Origin: Alphaproteobacteria bacterium
GTDB taxonomy: Bacteria > Pseudomonadota > Alphaproteobacteria > BOG-932 > Roseiterribacteraceae
Assembly (NCBI GenBank): GCA_035493715.1
Contig: DATJHU010000050.1
Span: 2,481-66,480 of the forward strand
DNA length: 64,000 nt
Direction of reading: 5' to 3'
Every line of letters starts with the position of its first letter. The first letter of the stretch is position 1. The position numbers and the translations under genes were made by a program. The notes under the pieces were generated by a model, which was not told the origin of the DNA, did not search any database, and was given only the letters and a program-made list of their open reading frames with translations. Below are positions 53,615 to 63,260 of the stretch, one piece after another.

Positions 53615-54495
53615 TGGCCAGCCAGCGAATAGAGCGGGATGACGTAGTAGCCCCGCGTCAGCACCCGGTCCAGCGCGTGGGCCGCATCCAAGCGTTGCAC
53701 GGGGTCCTTGGCATCGGCCATCGCCGCCGTCAGCGCATCGACCACCGGCGATTCGATGCCCGGATAGTTGCAGCTGCCCGGCGTGTCGGCGGTGGCGCTG
53801 CCCCAGCAGGCGCGCGGCTCCCCCGTGGGCGACGCCGGCATCGCCCAATCGTCGAGGATCATGTCGAAATCGAACCGGTCGCGCCGCGTGCGATAGGCCG
53901 CGTCACCCAGCACATGGACAGTGGCGACAATGCCCAGGCGCTTCAGCACGCGGGCGAAGGGCAGCACCAGCCGCATGTCGCGCTGGTCGTGGAGCAATAT
54001 CTCGAACGCGAACGGCGTGCCCGTCTTGCCGTCGGCCAGCCGCCCGTCCTGCACCACCCAGCCGGACGCGTCGAGCTGTGCCATCGCGCGCCGGAGATGA
54101 TAGCGGATGCCTTCGTCGCCGCTGCCGTCCGTGCGGGGCGGCGTGAAGGCAATCTTGAAGACCTCCGGCGGCAGCTGGTCGCGAAACGGGTCGAGCAGCG
54201 CGACCTCGCCGTCGGTCGGCGGGCCGTGGGCGGCGAAGTCGGAATCCGGGAAATAGCTGGCGATCCGGCGCAGCCGACCGTCATAGAGCGTGCGGTCGAT
54301 CCATTCGAAATCGAAGGAAATCAGCATCGCCTCGCGGACCCGCCGGTCGGCGAAGAACGGGCGCCGGAGATTGAGCATCAGCGCCCGCATGCGGATCGGC
54401 TGCGGCGCGGCCGCGCCCGGCGGCGCAGGGCTGTCGGCCCAGCACGGCACGGCGATCAAACAGGCGATCGCCAGTAATGTACGGAGACCCCTCAG
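53611..54495 (-). CDS. Half-length YejA-like family 5 solute-binding protein (C-terminal lobe only; CTG start or pseudogene)
   Basis: Signal-like TLLAIACLIAVPCWA, then NLRRPFFADRRVREA, FDFEWI, NYPGI, ALDRVL...YYVIP; no ATG/GTG in frame nearby. Confidence 0.6.
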   Translation of the reverse strand: MRGLRTLLAIACLIAVPCWADSPAPPGAAAPQPIRMRALMLNLRRPFFADRRVREAMLISFDFEWIDRTLYDGRLRRIASYFPDSDFAAHGPPTDGEVALLDPFRDQLPPEVFKIAFTPPRTDGSGDEGIRYHLRRAMAQLDASGWVVQDGRLADGKTGTPFAFEILLHDQRDMRLVLPFARVLKRLGIVATVHVLGDAAYRTRRDRFDFDMILDDWAMPASPTGEPRACWGSATADTPGSCNYPGIESPVVDALTAAMADAKDPVQRLDAAHALDRVLTRGYYVIPLYSLAGQ

Positions 54496-55493
54496 CCAAT
54501 CAGTTCCCTGAGCGGGCGCTGGGGCCGGGGGCCGACATGGCCGATGGCCTCGGCCGCGGCGATGGAGCCGATGCGGCCCGCCTCGGCCAGATCCAGGCCG
54601 GCGGTGATGCCGTAGAGCACGCCCGCGGCATAGAGGTCGCCGGCGCCGGTCGTGTCGACCAGCCGGTCGATCGGCTCGGCGGCGATCTTGTGGGACTTGC
54701 CGTCGGCGACGATCACCGAACCCGCGGCGCCGTGGGTGACGCAGACGATCGGGCAGCGCTTCGCCAGCGCGGCGACCGCCGCGTCGAAGCCGGTCTCGCC
54801 GGTCAGCGCCTCGGCCTCGGTCTCGTTGGCGAACAGGATGTCGACATGGCCGACCAGCTCGGTGAACTCCGCATGGTGGCGGGCGACGCAGAACGCGTCG
54901 GAAAGCGTGAGCGCCACCTTGCGGCCGGCCTCGTGCGCGATCTTGGCGGCGGCGAAAAAGGCAGCCTTGGCCTCGGGCCGGTCGAACAGATACCCCTCCA
55001 GATAGGTGATCCTGGCGGAGCGGATCAGGTCGGCGTCGATGTCCGTCGATTCCAGCAGCGCCGAGGCGCCCAGGAAGGTGTTCATCGAGCGCTGCGCATC
55101 CGGCGTGATCAGGATCAGGCAACGCGCGGTCGGCTCGCCGCCCGAGAGCGGCTTGGTCGCGAAGCCGACGCCGATGGCGCGGATGTCGTGCGCGAAGACT
55201 TCGCCCAGCTGGTCGTCGGCGACCTTGCCGATATAGGCGCACTTGCCGCCCAGCGAGGCGATACCGGCCATCGTGTTCGCCGCCGAGCCGCCCGACATCT
55301 CGATCGCCGGGTTCATGCGCGAATAGAGCGCCGTGGCCCGGGGGGTGTCGATCAGCGTCATGCCGCCCTTGGCGATGCCTTCGGCCAGCAGGAAGGCGTC
55401 GTCCGCTTCAGCCAAAACATCGACGATGGCATTGCCGACGCCGAGGACGTCGAGGGTCGCAGTATCGGTCAAACTCAAGCTCCCGTTTTCCAA
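54492..55493 (-). CDS. PfkB family kinase (adenosine kinase-like)
   Basis: GNAIVD, GGSAANT, RSMNTFLG, FANETE, DTTGAGDLYAAG. Confidence 0.93.
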   Translation of the reverse strand: MENGSLSLTDTATLDVLGVGNAIVDVLAEADDAFLLAEGIAKGGMTLIDTPRATALYSRMNPAIEMSGGSAANTMAGIASLGGKCAYIGKVADDQLGEVFAHDIRAIGVGFATKPLSGGEPTARCLILITPDAQRSMNTFLGASALLESTDIDADLIRSARITYLEGYLFDRPEAKAAFFAAAKIAHEAGRKVALTLSDAFCVARHHAEFTELVGHVDILFANETEAEALTGETGFDAAVAALAKRCPIVCVTHGAAGSVIVADGKSHKIAAEPIDRLVDTTGAGDLYAAGVLYGITAGLDLAEAGRIGSIAAAEAIGHVGPRPQRPLRELIG

Positions 55494-56260
55494 TCGCCCG
55501 AAAGCAGCGTCGGGCGGCGCATGCGCCGCTGCAGCCAGAACACGCCGAAGATGTCGACGATTCCGACCCAGAGGCGGTTGTTGATGCCGTATTTGGATGT
55601 GCCGGCCACGCGGTGCCGGTGGTTCACCGGCTCCAGCCCCACCACGAATCCCTCGCGCTTCATCAGCGCCGGCAGGAAGCGGTGGATATGATCGAAATAG
55701 GGCAGGCGCAGGAACGCCTCCCGCGAGAACACCTTGAGCCCGCAGCCGGTATCCGGCGTGTCGTCGCCCAGCATGGCGGACCGGACGCGGTTGGCGATCT
55801 TGGACGACCAGCGCTTGGCCAGGCTGTCGCGCCGCTTCAGCCGCTGCCCGGCGATCAGGCCGAGCTTGACCGTCGAGGCCGGATTCAGGAATGCCGCGAC
55901 CAGGCGCGGCACGTCGGCCGGGTCGTTCTGCCCGTCGCCGTCCAGCGTCGCGATCACACGGCCGCGCGCGCCCTCCACCCCGGTGCGCAACGCCGCGCTT
56001 TGCCCGCAGCTTTTCGCGTGCCGCAGCACGCGCAGCTGCGGCGTATCCTTTGCCGCATCGGTAAGGCGCCGCAGGGTCTCGTCGGTGCTGCCGTCGTCGA
56101 TATAGAGAATCTCATAAGGAGGACCGCCGGCCAGGGCCGCGCGTATCTCGCCGATCAGCGGCAGAACGTTGTCGGCCTCGTTCTTAACCGGCACGATGAC
56201 CGTAAGCACAATACCGTCATCGCCGGTCACCGGCGAGGACGAGGGAAGATCGTCGGACAA
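55475..56260 (-). CDS. GT2 glycosyltransferase (polyprenol-phosphate glycosyltransferase-like)
   Basis: VPVKNE, IDDGSTD, GQSAA, TLDGDGQNDP, DTGCGLK, HRFLPAL. Confidence 0.92.
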   Translation of the reverse strand: MSDDLPSSSPVTGDDGIVLTVIVPVKNEADNVLPLIGEIRAALAGGPPYEILYIDDGSTDETLRRLTDAAKDTPQLRVLRHAKSCGQSAALRTGVEGARGRVIATLDGDGQNDPADVPRLVAAFLNPASTVKLGLIAGQRLKRRDSLAKRWSSKIANRVRSAMLGDDTPDTGCGLKVFSREAFLRLPYFDHIHRFLPALMKREGFVVGLEPVNHRHRVAGTSKYGINNRLWVGIVDIFGVFWLQRRMRRPTLLSGDWKTGA

Positions 56261-56361
56261 TTAAGCAGGATCTTTTTGGATGTGATGTTGCGGGTGACTT
56301 TAGGCGAAGGCACTCTTAGGCTCCAGAGGCGAGCACGGAAAGCGAAAACACGGGATCCATC

Positions 56362-56757
56362 ATGGCATTTTCGAGCGGCGCCAGCCGAGGCTGGATTGCA
56401 TTCGCCGCGCTGAGCGGCGGGTTGTCGGTGATCGCCGGCGCCTTCGCCGCACATGGGCTGGACACCGAGATGCAGGCGGCGGAGATCGGCTGGCTGCGCA
56501 CCGGCAGCCTATACGAGGCGCTGGGTGCGCTGGCGATGCTGGCCGTGGCGGCGCTTTCCGGACGGCTCGCCCCCGGCTGGGCGCTTTGGGCGCAACGTCT
56601 GTTCGTCGTCGGGAGCATTCTGTTCCCCGGCGCGTTATACGGGCTGGCGCTGCATCTGCCGCGCTGGCTGGGCGCGGTTGCACCGCTCGGCGGGACCGCC
56701 TTCATACTGGGCTGGCTGGCCTTCGCCACGGCCGCGCTCAGGCATCGCGACGCTTAA
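56362..56757 (+). CDS. DUF423 (YgdD) membrane protein
   Basis: GAFAAHGL, LFPGALY, GAVAPLGGTAFILGW. Confidence 0.88.
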   Translation: MAFSSGASRGWIAFAALSGGLSVIAGAFAAHGLDTEMQAAEIGWLRTGSLYEALGALAMLAVAALSGRLAPGWALWAQRLFVVGSILFPGALYGLALHLPRWLGAVAPLGGTAFILGWLAFATAALRHRDA

Positions 56758-56768
56758 GGAGACCATGG

Positions 56769-57551
56769 ATGGACGCTACACCGCAGCACGAGCCCAGCAT
56801 TCCCGAAACGATCGCCGCGACCGCGCTCAAGCTGGCCGGCGAGCGCGGCTGGCGCGGCCTTGGCCTGGCCGACATCGCGCTGGAGTCGGACGTCACGCTG
56901 GCGGAACTGTCCCGCCACTATGCCTGCCGGCCCGACATACTGGACGGGTTCGAGCGGCTGATCGATCGCCGCATGCTGGCGGGCGCCGCGGCCGGCGACA
57001 TCGGCGACAAGCCGCGCGACCGGCTGTTCGACATCATCATGGAGCGGTTCGACGCATTGCTGCCCTATCGCGAGGGCGTGCGGCGAATCGCGCGCGAACT
57101 GCCGTTCGACCCGTCGAGCGGTTTCGTGCTGGCGATGGCCCTGCCCCGGTCGGTGGCGTGGATGTTCACGGGTGCGCGAATCTCCGTCAGCGGGCCGACC
57201 ATGCCGCTGCGCCTCGCCGTTTTGGGTGGCGTCTATATGTCGGCGTTTCGCGTATTCCTGAAGGAGGAGAGCGAGGAGCTGTCCAAGACGATGGCCCATC
57301 TCGACAAGCAGCTGGACCGGGCCGCCTCGCTTTTGGCCGGCGATTTCGGACGGACACGCCCGTCCGAGCCGATGCCGTCGGAGGGTCCGCCGAACGTCGC
57401 GGAGCCGCATCCACACGATGTGCAGGCGGCCCCGCCGCAAGCGCCTGGGGCGAAATCCCGCGCAGCGAAACCCAAGGCGACGAAACCACGGGCGGGCGGT
57501 CCCAAAACCGGCAAGACCACCCGGACGAAAAAGCCGCCTGCTGCAAACTGA
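56769..57551 (+). CDS. TetR-like protein with Pro/Lys-rich tail
   Basis: ALKLAGERGW...LADIA, RDRLFDIIMERFDAL, SKTMAHLDKQL. Confidence 0.8.
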   Translation: MDATPQHEPSIPETIAATALKLAGERGWRGLGLADIALESDVTLAELSRHYACRPDILDGFERLIDRRMLAGAAAGDIGDKPRDRLFDIIMERFDALLPYREGVRRIARELPFDPSSGFVLAMALPRSVAWMFTGARISVSGPTMPLRLAVLGGVYMSAFRVFLKEESEELSKTMAHLDKQLDRAASLLAGDFGRTRPSEPMPSEGPPNVAEPHPHDVQAAPPQAPGAKSRAAKPKATKPRAGGPKTGKTTRTKKPPAAN

Positions 57552-57563
57552 CGCGTGCGGAGA

Positions 57564-57618
57564 TTGACATCCGGCCGGGGGTGAGCCATATACGGCCCAT
57601 CTTTGTTGCACTGCAACA
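57564..57618 (+). promoter_or_regulatory. Sigma70-type promoter with PhaR-like operator
   Basis: TTGACA-N17-CATATA, then palindrome TGTTGCA-C-TGCAACA (57604-57618) upstream of the phasin gene. Confidence 0.7.
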
Positions 57619-57637
57619 TAAACCTGGAGGACAGCCC

Positions 57638-58072
57638 GTGGCGACCCAGAGCACCTATCCCTTCTTCGGCAACGACTTCACCAAAGCTTTTTCCGAGTTC
57701 AAGATTCCCGGCTTCGACATCGAAGGCCTGCTGGCGACGCAGCGCCGCAACATGGAAGCGGTAAGCGCCGCGAGCCAGTTGGCGGTCGAAGGCGTGCAGG
57801 CGGTGATCCGCCGGCAAACCGAGATTATTCGCCAAACCGTTGAGGAATCGACGGCCGCGTTCAAGGACGTTCTGGCCGTCGGCGCCCCCGACGAAAAGAT
57901 CGCCCAGCAGACCGACATGGTGAAGACCGCTTTCGAAAAGGCGCTCGGCAACCTGCGCGAGCTGACCGAGATGGCCGCCAAGTCGAACACCGAGGCGGCC
58001 GACGTGCTGACCAAGCGGATCGGCGAGAGCCTGACCGAGCTCAAGAGCTCGCTGCAGCGCACAAAGAACTGA
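57638..58072 (+). CDS. phaP: Phasin family protein
   Basis: FKIPGFDIEGLLATQRRNMEA, EGVQAVIRRQ, AAKSNTEA; GGAGG RBS. Confidence 0.9.
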   Translation: MATQSTYPFFGNDFTKAFSEFKIPGFDIEGLLATQRRNMEAVSAASQLAVEGVQAVIRRQTEIIRQTVEESTAAFKDVLAVGAPDEKIAQQTDMVKTAFEKALGNLRELTEMAAKSNTEAADVLTKRIGESLTELKSSLQRTKN

Positions 58073-58087
58073 GGCTCAGGCCTCCGT

Positions 58088-59440
58088 TTAACCCGGTAAG
58101 GTGAGAACGACCCGAAGGCCGCCCAGCGGGCTGTCTTCGAGGGCGATCTCACCACCGTGGCCGTGCGCGATATCGCGCGCGATCGACAAACCCAGCCCCA
58201 CCCCGCCCGTCGCGATATTGCGCGAAGGGTCCAGCCTGAAGAACGGCCGGAAGACGTCCTCTCGCTTGTCCTTGGGGATACCCGGACCGTCGTCGTCGAT
58301 CGTCACCCTGACCGTCCGCTGATCCAGCACGGCAGTGACCTCCACAGCCTTTGCATAGCGCAGCGCGTTGCCCAGCAGATTGCCGAGGCAGCGGCGCATC
58401 GCCATGGGCCGGATTGTGATGTCGATGGGCCCGGCGATCCTGACCGTCACCGCCGCCTTGCCGGGCAGCCCGTCGACCACGTCGCGCAGCAGCGCCGCGA
58501 AATCGGTCGGCTGCGCCGCCTCCCCGCCCTCGCCGCGCGCGAAGGCGAGGTAGGCATCGATCATCCCCTCCATCTCCGCGACGTCGGCGTGCAAACCTTC
58601 TGCCTCCTCGGCGTCGGGCAGCATCGCCAGCTGCAGCTTCATGCGCGTCAGCGGCGTGCGAAGGTCGTGCGACACGCCGGCCAGCATCTCGGTGCGCTGC
58701 GCGATCTGGCGGCGGATACGGTCGCGCATCACGATGAAGGCAGCGGCGGCCTGCCGGACCTCGAGAGCACCGGCCGGTTTCAGCTGCATGGCATCGTTGC
58801 CCTTGCCGAACCGTTCGGCCGCGACCGCGAGACGCCGGATCGGGCGGACCTGATTGCGCATGAAGATCACCGCGATCCAGGTCAGCAGCAGCGCCGCTCC
58901 GATAACCCAGGCGATGAAGACGAAAGCGGTGTAGCTGAACAGCCGGCGTTGCGGCGAGCGCACGTCCAGCACCCCATCGGGCAGCTGCACCCGGATCTCC
59001 GCCCAATTGTCGCTGCCGTAGGCGCCGATCGTAAAGGGACGGCCGACCCGCTCCGCCAGGGCGGTTTCCAGGATCGGCTCGATCAGCGGGTTCCACCGCG
59101 TCTTGACCGGCGTCAGCCGCGCCCCCGGTTCAAAATCGAGCGACAGCTCGAAGCTGTCCGCGGCGGCGGAAAAAATGCGCTGCCGGCTGCTGGGCTCGCG
59201 TTCGATTTCGTCGATGATCATCTCGATGTCGCCCGCGACGGCGCGCGAGAGGTCGACCGACAGCGTGCTGAAATGGCGTTCGAAGAAGATGTAGACGGTG
59301 ATCAGCTGTGCGATCACCACCGGCACGACCAGGATCAGGATCGTGCGCCCCTCCAGCGTGCGCGGCAGCAGCCGCTTGATCCGCGCGCCGATGCCGAGCT
59401 TTTCGGCCGGCGGGGCGGCGTCAGTCGGGACGGAGGACAT
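58088..59440 (-). CDS. EnvZ-like sensor histidine kinase
   Basis: MLAGVSHDLRTPLTR, NLLGNA, DDDGPGIP, GVGLGL; two TM helices and HAMP. Confidence 0.93.
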   Translation of the reverse strand: MSSVPTDAAPPAEKLGIGARIKRLLPRTLEGRTILILVVPVVIAQLITVYIFFERHFSTLSVDLSRAVAGDIEMIIDEIEREPSSRQRIFSAAADSFELSLDFEPGARLTPVKTRWNPLIEPILETALAERVGRPFTIGAYGSDNWAEIRVQLPDGVLDVRSPQRRLFSYTAFVFIAWVIGAALLLTWIAVIFMRNQVRPIRRLAVAAERFGKGNDAMQLKPAGALEVRQAAAAFIVMRDRIRRQIAQRTEMLAGVSHDLRTPLTRMKLQLAMLPDAEEAEGLHADVAEMEGMIDAYLAFARGEGGEAAQPTDFAALLRDVVDGLPGKAAVTVRIAGPIDITIRPMAMRRCLGNLLGNALRYAKAVEVTAVLDQRTVRVTIDDDGPGIPKDKREDVFRPFFRLDPSRNIATGGVGLGLSIARDIAHGHGGEIALEDSPLGGLRVVLTLPG

Positions 59441-60140
59441 AGCCCGATCCGCGCACCGTCTGAAGATAGCGCGGCGCCTTGGGGTCGACTTCGATCTTGC
59501 GCCGCAGCCGGTTGACCTGGACATCGATGGAGCGCGCGTTGACCGCCGCCCGGCTGCGGTCGACCAGCTCGTCGCGCGTCACGATGCCGCCGGGCGTTTC
59601 CGCCAGCACGCTGAGCAGGCTGGTTTCGACGTCGGTCAGCCGCACGGTCTCCACGCCGTCGATCAGTTCGGACCGATCCGGATCGAACCGCCAGCGCCCC
59701 AGCCGAACCGGCTTCGGCCCCTCCGGCGGGCGGGGCACACGCCGCATGATGGCAGCGATGCGGAGCAGCAGCTCCCGCGGCTCGAACGGTTTCGGCAGAT
59801 AGTCGTCGGCCCCGGCCTCCAGGCCGGCGATCCGCTCCTCCGCCTCGGTTCGCGCCGTCAGCATCAGGATCGGCAGGGCGGAGCCCTCGGTGCGCAGGCC
59901 ACGGGCGAAGTCGAGGCCATTCTGCCCCGGCATCATCACGTCGAGCACCAGCAGGTCGAAGGCCAGCGTCCGCATCAGCGCGCGGGCATCCGCGGCAGAC
60001 GCGGCGGTGGTCACGATATGTCCCTGCTCGCCGAGATAACGGCCGAGCAAGGCCCTGAGCCGCGTATCGTCATCGACGACCAGAAGATGGAGGCGGTCCG
60101 CAAGCCCGGCCCAGTCGGCATCGGACATCGGGACAGTCAT
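59421..60140 (-). CDS. OmpR-family response regulator (PetR-like)
   Basis: LVVDDD, LDVMMPG, GADDYLPKPF, RSIDVQVNRLRRKIE, QTVRGSGY. Confidence 0.93.
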   Translation of the reverse strand: MTVPMSDADWAGLADRLHLLVVDDDTRLRALLGRYLGEQGHIVTTAASAADARALMRTLAFDLLVLDVMMPGQNGLDFARGLRTEGSALPILMLTARTEAEERIAGLEAGADDYLPKPFEPRELLLRIAAIMRRVPRPPEGPKPVRLGRWRFDPDRSELIDGVETVRLTDVETSLLSVLAETPGGIVTRDELVDRSRAAVNARSIDVQVNRLRRKIEVDPKAPRYLQTVRGSGYVLRPD

Positions 60141-60143
60141 ATT

Positions 60144-60683
60144 TCAGCCGGCGGCGCGCTGTCTGATGCGGATCGGCCCGGCGGCCTGCTGCAACGGCGG
60201 CTCCTCAGGCAGATGCGGCCGGTCGGCGTCGTCGATGATGCCGAGCAGCATCCGGTGGAAGATCTCGACCGACTGGGCGCCGGCCTGGGCATAGGCGCGG
60301 CCGAGCCGCCGCCGCTGGCCCTCGGTCAGGATATTCTCCAGCTCCTCGCCGCGCGCCGTGAGGCTGAGCCGCCGTTCCCGCCGGTCGGTCGGGCCGGGCG
60401 TCTGCACGACGTAATTCTCAGCCACCAGCTCCTGCAGTACCCGCGACAGGCTCTGCTTGGTGATCTTCAGGATCCTGAGAAGCTGGCTGACCGTCACCTG
60501 GGGATTGCGCCCGATGAAGTAGATCGCACGATGGTGCGCCCGCCCCAGCCCGCGCTCGGCAAGAACGAGATCAGCCTCCCCGGTGAAGTCCCGATAGGCG
60601 AAAAACAGCAATTCGATACCTTGGCGCAGGTCCTCTTCGGAGAGGAGAATCGGATTGACCGCAGTCTTTAGGTCAGCCATCAT
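60144..60683 (-). CDS. MarR family regulator (PetP-like)
   Basis: IELLFFAYRDFT, GRAHHR, LKITKQSL, DRRER. Confidence 0.9.
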   Translation of the reverse strand: MMADLKTAVNPILLSEEDLRQGIELLFFAYRDFTGEADLVLAERGLGRAHHRAIYFIGRNPQVTVSQLLRILKITKQSLSRVLQELVAENYVVQTPGPTDRRERRLSLTARGEELENILTEGQRRRLGRAYAQAGAQSVEIFHRMLLGIIDDADRPHLPEEPPLQQAAGPIRIRQRAAG

Positions 60684-60782
60684 GACCCAAGTCTGACATG
60701 GAACGGCTTCATGCGCCAGCCCTCATGGGCTCGCGCCGATGCCGGTTCGCCTCTTTTTTTGAGGCGTGTGGGAGGTTTTCAA

Positions 60783-61670
60783 ATGATTCCGATGGACGAT
60801 CGCGACGGGTTTATCTGGTTCGACGGCAAGATGGTGCCGTGGCGCGATGCGAAGACCCATGTGCTGACCCATGGCCTGCATTACGGCAGCTCGGTCTTCG
60901 AGGGCATGCGCGCCTATGACGGGCACATCTTCGAGCTGACCCGGCACAACGAACGGCTGGCGAACTCCGCCGCCCTGCTCGGTTTCGAAGTACCCTACAG
61001 CACCGCCGAGCTGGACAAGGCCTGCAAGGACGTGGTCGCGGCCAACGGCTTTCCGAACGCCTATGTCCGCCCGGTCGCCTATCGCGGGTCGGAGCAGATG
61101 GGCGTGTCGGCGCAGCTCTCCAAAATCCATGTCGCGATCGCCAGCTGGGAATGGCCGAGCTATTTCTCGCCGGAACTGCGCGACAAGGGCATCAAGCTGA
61201 CCTTCTCCAAATGGCGCCGCCCGGCGCCCGACACGGCGCCCACCGCGTCGAAGGCCGCCGGCCTTTACATGATCTGCACTTTGTCCAAGCACGCGGCCGA
61301 GGCCGAGGGCTGGAACGACGCGCTGATGCTGGATTATCGCGGCCAGCTGGCCGAAGCGACCGGCGCCAACCTGTTCGTGGTCAAGGACGGCGTCATCAAT
61401 ACGCCGACGCCCGATTGCTTCCTGAACGGCATCACCCGCCAGACGGTGATGGAGCTGGCGCGCAAGCGCGGCATCAAGGTGGTCGAGCGGGCGATGTGGC
61501 CGGACGAGCTGAAGAGCGCCGACGAGATCTTCATCACCGGCTCCGCCGCGGAAGTGACCGCCATCGGCCAGATCGACGACCTGCACTTCACAGTCGGCCC
61601 GATCACCAAGGCGCTGCGCGACGACTACGAGAAGCTGGTCCGCCAGCCGCCGAAGGCCGTGGCGGCGTAG
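60783..61670 (+). CDS. ilvE: Branched-chain amino acid aminotransferase
   Basis: LTHGLHYGSSVFEG, KAAGLY, EATGAN, LNGITR, TGSAAE. Confidence 0.95.
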   Translation: MIPMDDRDGFIWFDGKMVPWRDAKTHVLTHGLHYGSSVFEGMRAYDGHIFELTRHNERLANSAALLGFEVPYSTAELDKACKDVVAANGFPNAYVRPVAYRGSEQMGVSAQLSKIHVAIASWEWPSYFSPELRDKGIKLTFSKWRRPAPDTAPTASKAAGLYMICTLSKHAAEAEGWNDALMLDYRGQLAEATGANLFVVKDGVINTPTPDCFLNGITRQTVMELARKRGIKVVERAMWPDELKSADEIFITGSAAEVTAIGQIDDLHFTVGPITKALRDDYEKLVRQPPKAVAA

Positions 61671-62093
61671 TTGGCCGAAGCGAAAGCCGCCGACGTTCCA
61701 TTTCAGTCGGGGGCTTCGCTGCCGGCAGGGGAGCCGGCGATCCGCACGATTGCGATGCCTGCCGACACCAACCCGGCGGGCGACATTTTCGGCGGCTGGC
61801 TGATGTCGCAGATGGACCTCGCCGCCGGCAACGCCGCGGCGCGGCGGGCGCAGGGCCGTTGCGTGACCATCGCGGTCGAATCGATGAAATTCGTCGAGCC
61901 GGTGAAGGTCGGCGACGAGGTGACGGTGTGGGCTGAACTGCTCCGCGTCGGCCACACCTCGATGTCCTTCCACGTCTCCGCCTGGCGCCGCCCGCGCACC
62001 GGCGAGGCGATCTCCAAGGTGACCGACGCGATGTTCACCTTCGTGGCGCTGGATGCCGAGGGACGACCGCGGCCGATTCCTAAGCCTGAATAA
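61671..62093 (+). CDS. Acyl-CoA thioesterase (YciA-like hotdog fold)
   Basis: AMPADTNPAGDIFGGWLMSQMD, PVKVGD, FTFVALD. Confidence 0.92.
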   Translation: MAEAKAADVPFQSGASLPAGEPAIRTIAMPADTNPAGDIFGGWLMSQMDLAAGNAAARRAQGRCVTIAVESMKFVEPVKVGDEVTVWAELLRVGHTSMSFHVSAWRRPRTGEAISKVTDAMFTFVALDAEGRPRPIPKPE

Positions 62094-62241
62094 AGCGCTC
62101 GATCACGCCATCGAGCACGGTGAGCGGCAGACAGCCTGAGGTCAGCAGGGCGTCGTTGAACGTCCGCAGATCGAATTTCGTGCCGAGCGCCGCCTTGGCC
62201 TTGGTGCGTAGAGCGTCGATATGCAGATGGCCGATCTGCCC
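62080..62241 (-). pseudogene. DUF885-family C-terminal remnant
   Basis: QIGHLHIDALRTKAKAALGTKFDLRTFNDALLTSGCLPLTVLDGVIERFIQA* resembles the DUF885 C-terminus. Confidence 0.65.
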
Positions 62242-62283
62242 GACAGGGCACCAGCGCGGTCAAAGAGACGGGGAAGGTTCGAG

Positions 62284-63246
62284 ATGCGGACATTTATCGC
62301 GTTCTTTCTCACGTTCCTTGCAATCGGGCCGCTTGGCGCGGCACCCGTCGAGACTTCCGTTGAAGCGCCCGGTCCGGCCGGGGCTCTTGCCGGGACGATG
62401 CTGTCCGCCGACGCGCCGAACAGCCCGATCGTGCTGATAATCCCAGGTTCGGGGCCCACCGATCGCGACGGCAACAATCCGCTCGGGGTCAAGGCGGGAA
62501 CGTACAAGTTATTGGCGGAAGGCTTGGCGACGCGCGGCATCACGACGGTCCGCATCGACAAGAGAGGCCTGTTCGGCAGTAAGGAGGCGTTTCCCGACGC
62601 CAATGCGGTCACAATTCCGGAATACGCCGCCGATGTGCACGCCTGGACGTCCGTCATTCGCCGGCAAAAGAACGTTCCATGCCTCTGGCTGCTCGGACAC
62701 AGCGAAGGCGCCTTGGTCGCGATGGTCGCGGCCCAAAACGCGCCAGACATATGCGGGCTTGTGCTGGCCGCGGCGGCAGGCCGTCCGATCGGAGAAGTCT
62801 TGAAGGATCAGCTTGAAGCCAATCCGGCGAATGCCCCGGTCCTGGACCAAGGGCTGAAGGCCATCGACAGCCTCGAAGCCGGTCACGCCATCGATGTGAG
62901 CGGCATGAATCCGGCGCTTTCCAGGTTGTTCCGCCCGAACGTCCAAGGTTTCCTGATCAGCGAGTTCTCGTACGATCCCGCGGTCTTGCTGGCGAAATAC
63001 CCAAAACCGGTGCTGATCCTTCAGGGCGAGCGGGACATCCAGGTGGGAGTCGCGGACGCGCGGCGGCTGGAACGGGCGGATCCGAAGGCGAAGCTCGTCC
63101 TCCTGCCGGCGGCGAATCACGTACTCAAACCTGTCGCCTCGGACAATCGGGCAGACAATCTCGCGACCTACGCAAATCCCAACCTTCCGCTTGCACCTGG
63201 CGTCATCGACGCGATCAGCGGGTTTGTCTCGCCGCCGCAGCCTTAG
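62284..63246 (+). CDS. Secreted alpha/beta hydrolase
   Basis: Signal peptide; IPGSGPTDRDGN, DKRG, GHSEG, QGERDIQV, NH. Confidence 0.9.
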   Translation: MRTFIAFFLTFLAIGPLGAAPVETSVEAPGPAGALAGTMLSADAPNSPIVLIIPGSGPTDRDGNNPLGVKAGTYKLLAEGLATRGITTVRIDKRGLFGSKEAFPDANAVTIPEYAADVHAWTSVIRRQKNVPCLWLLGHSEGALVAMVAAQNAPDICGLVLAAAAGRPIGEVLKDQLEANPANAPVLDQGLKAIDSLEAGHAIDVSGMNPALSRLFRPNVQGFLISEFSYDPAVLLAKYPKPVLILQGERDIQVGVADARRLERADPKAKLVLLPAANHVLKPVASDNRADNLATYANPNLPLAPGVIDAISGFVSPPQP

Positions 63247-63260
63247 CTGCGAAGCCAAAC

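Noticed and set aside
53611-55242. 543-aa version of the SBP ORF
   Set aside because: The first ~249 codons are an off-frame read of the PfkB kinase gene; only 53611-54495 looks coding
56453-58072. 539-aa ORF ending in the phasin
   Set aside because: The upstream part overlaps DUF423 and TetR out of frame; the real start is GTG 57638 with RBS and promoter
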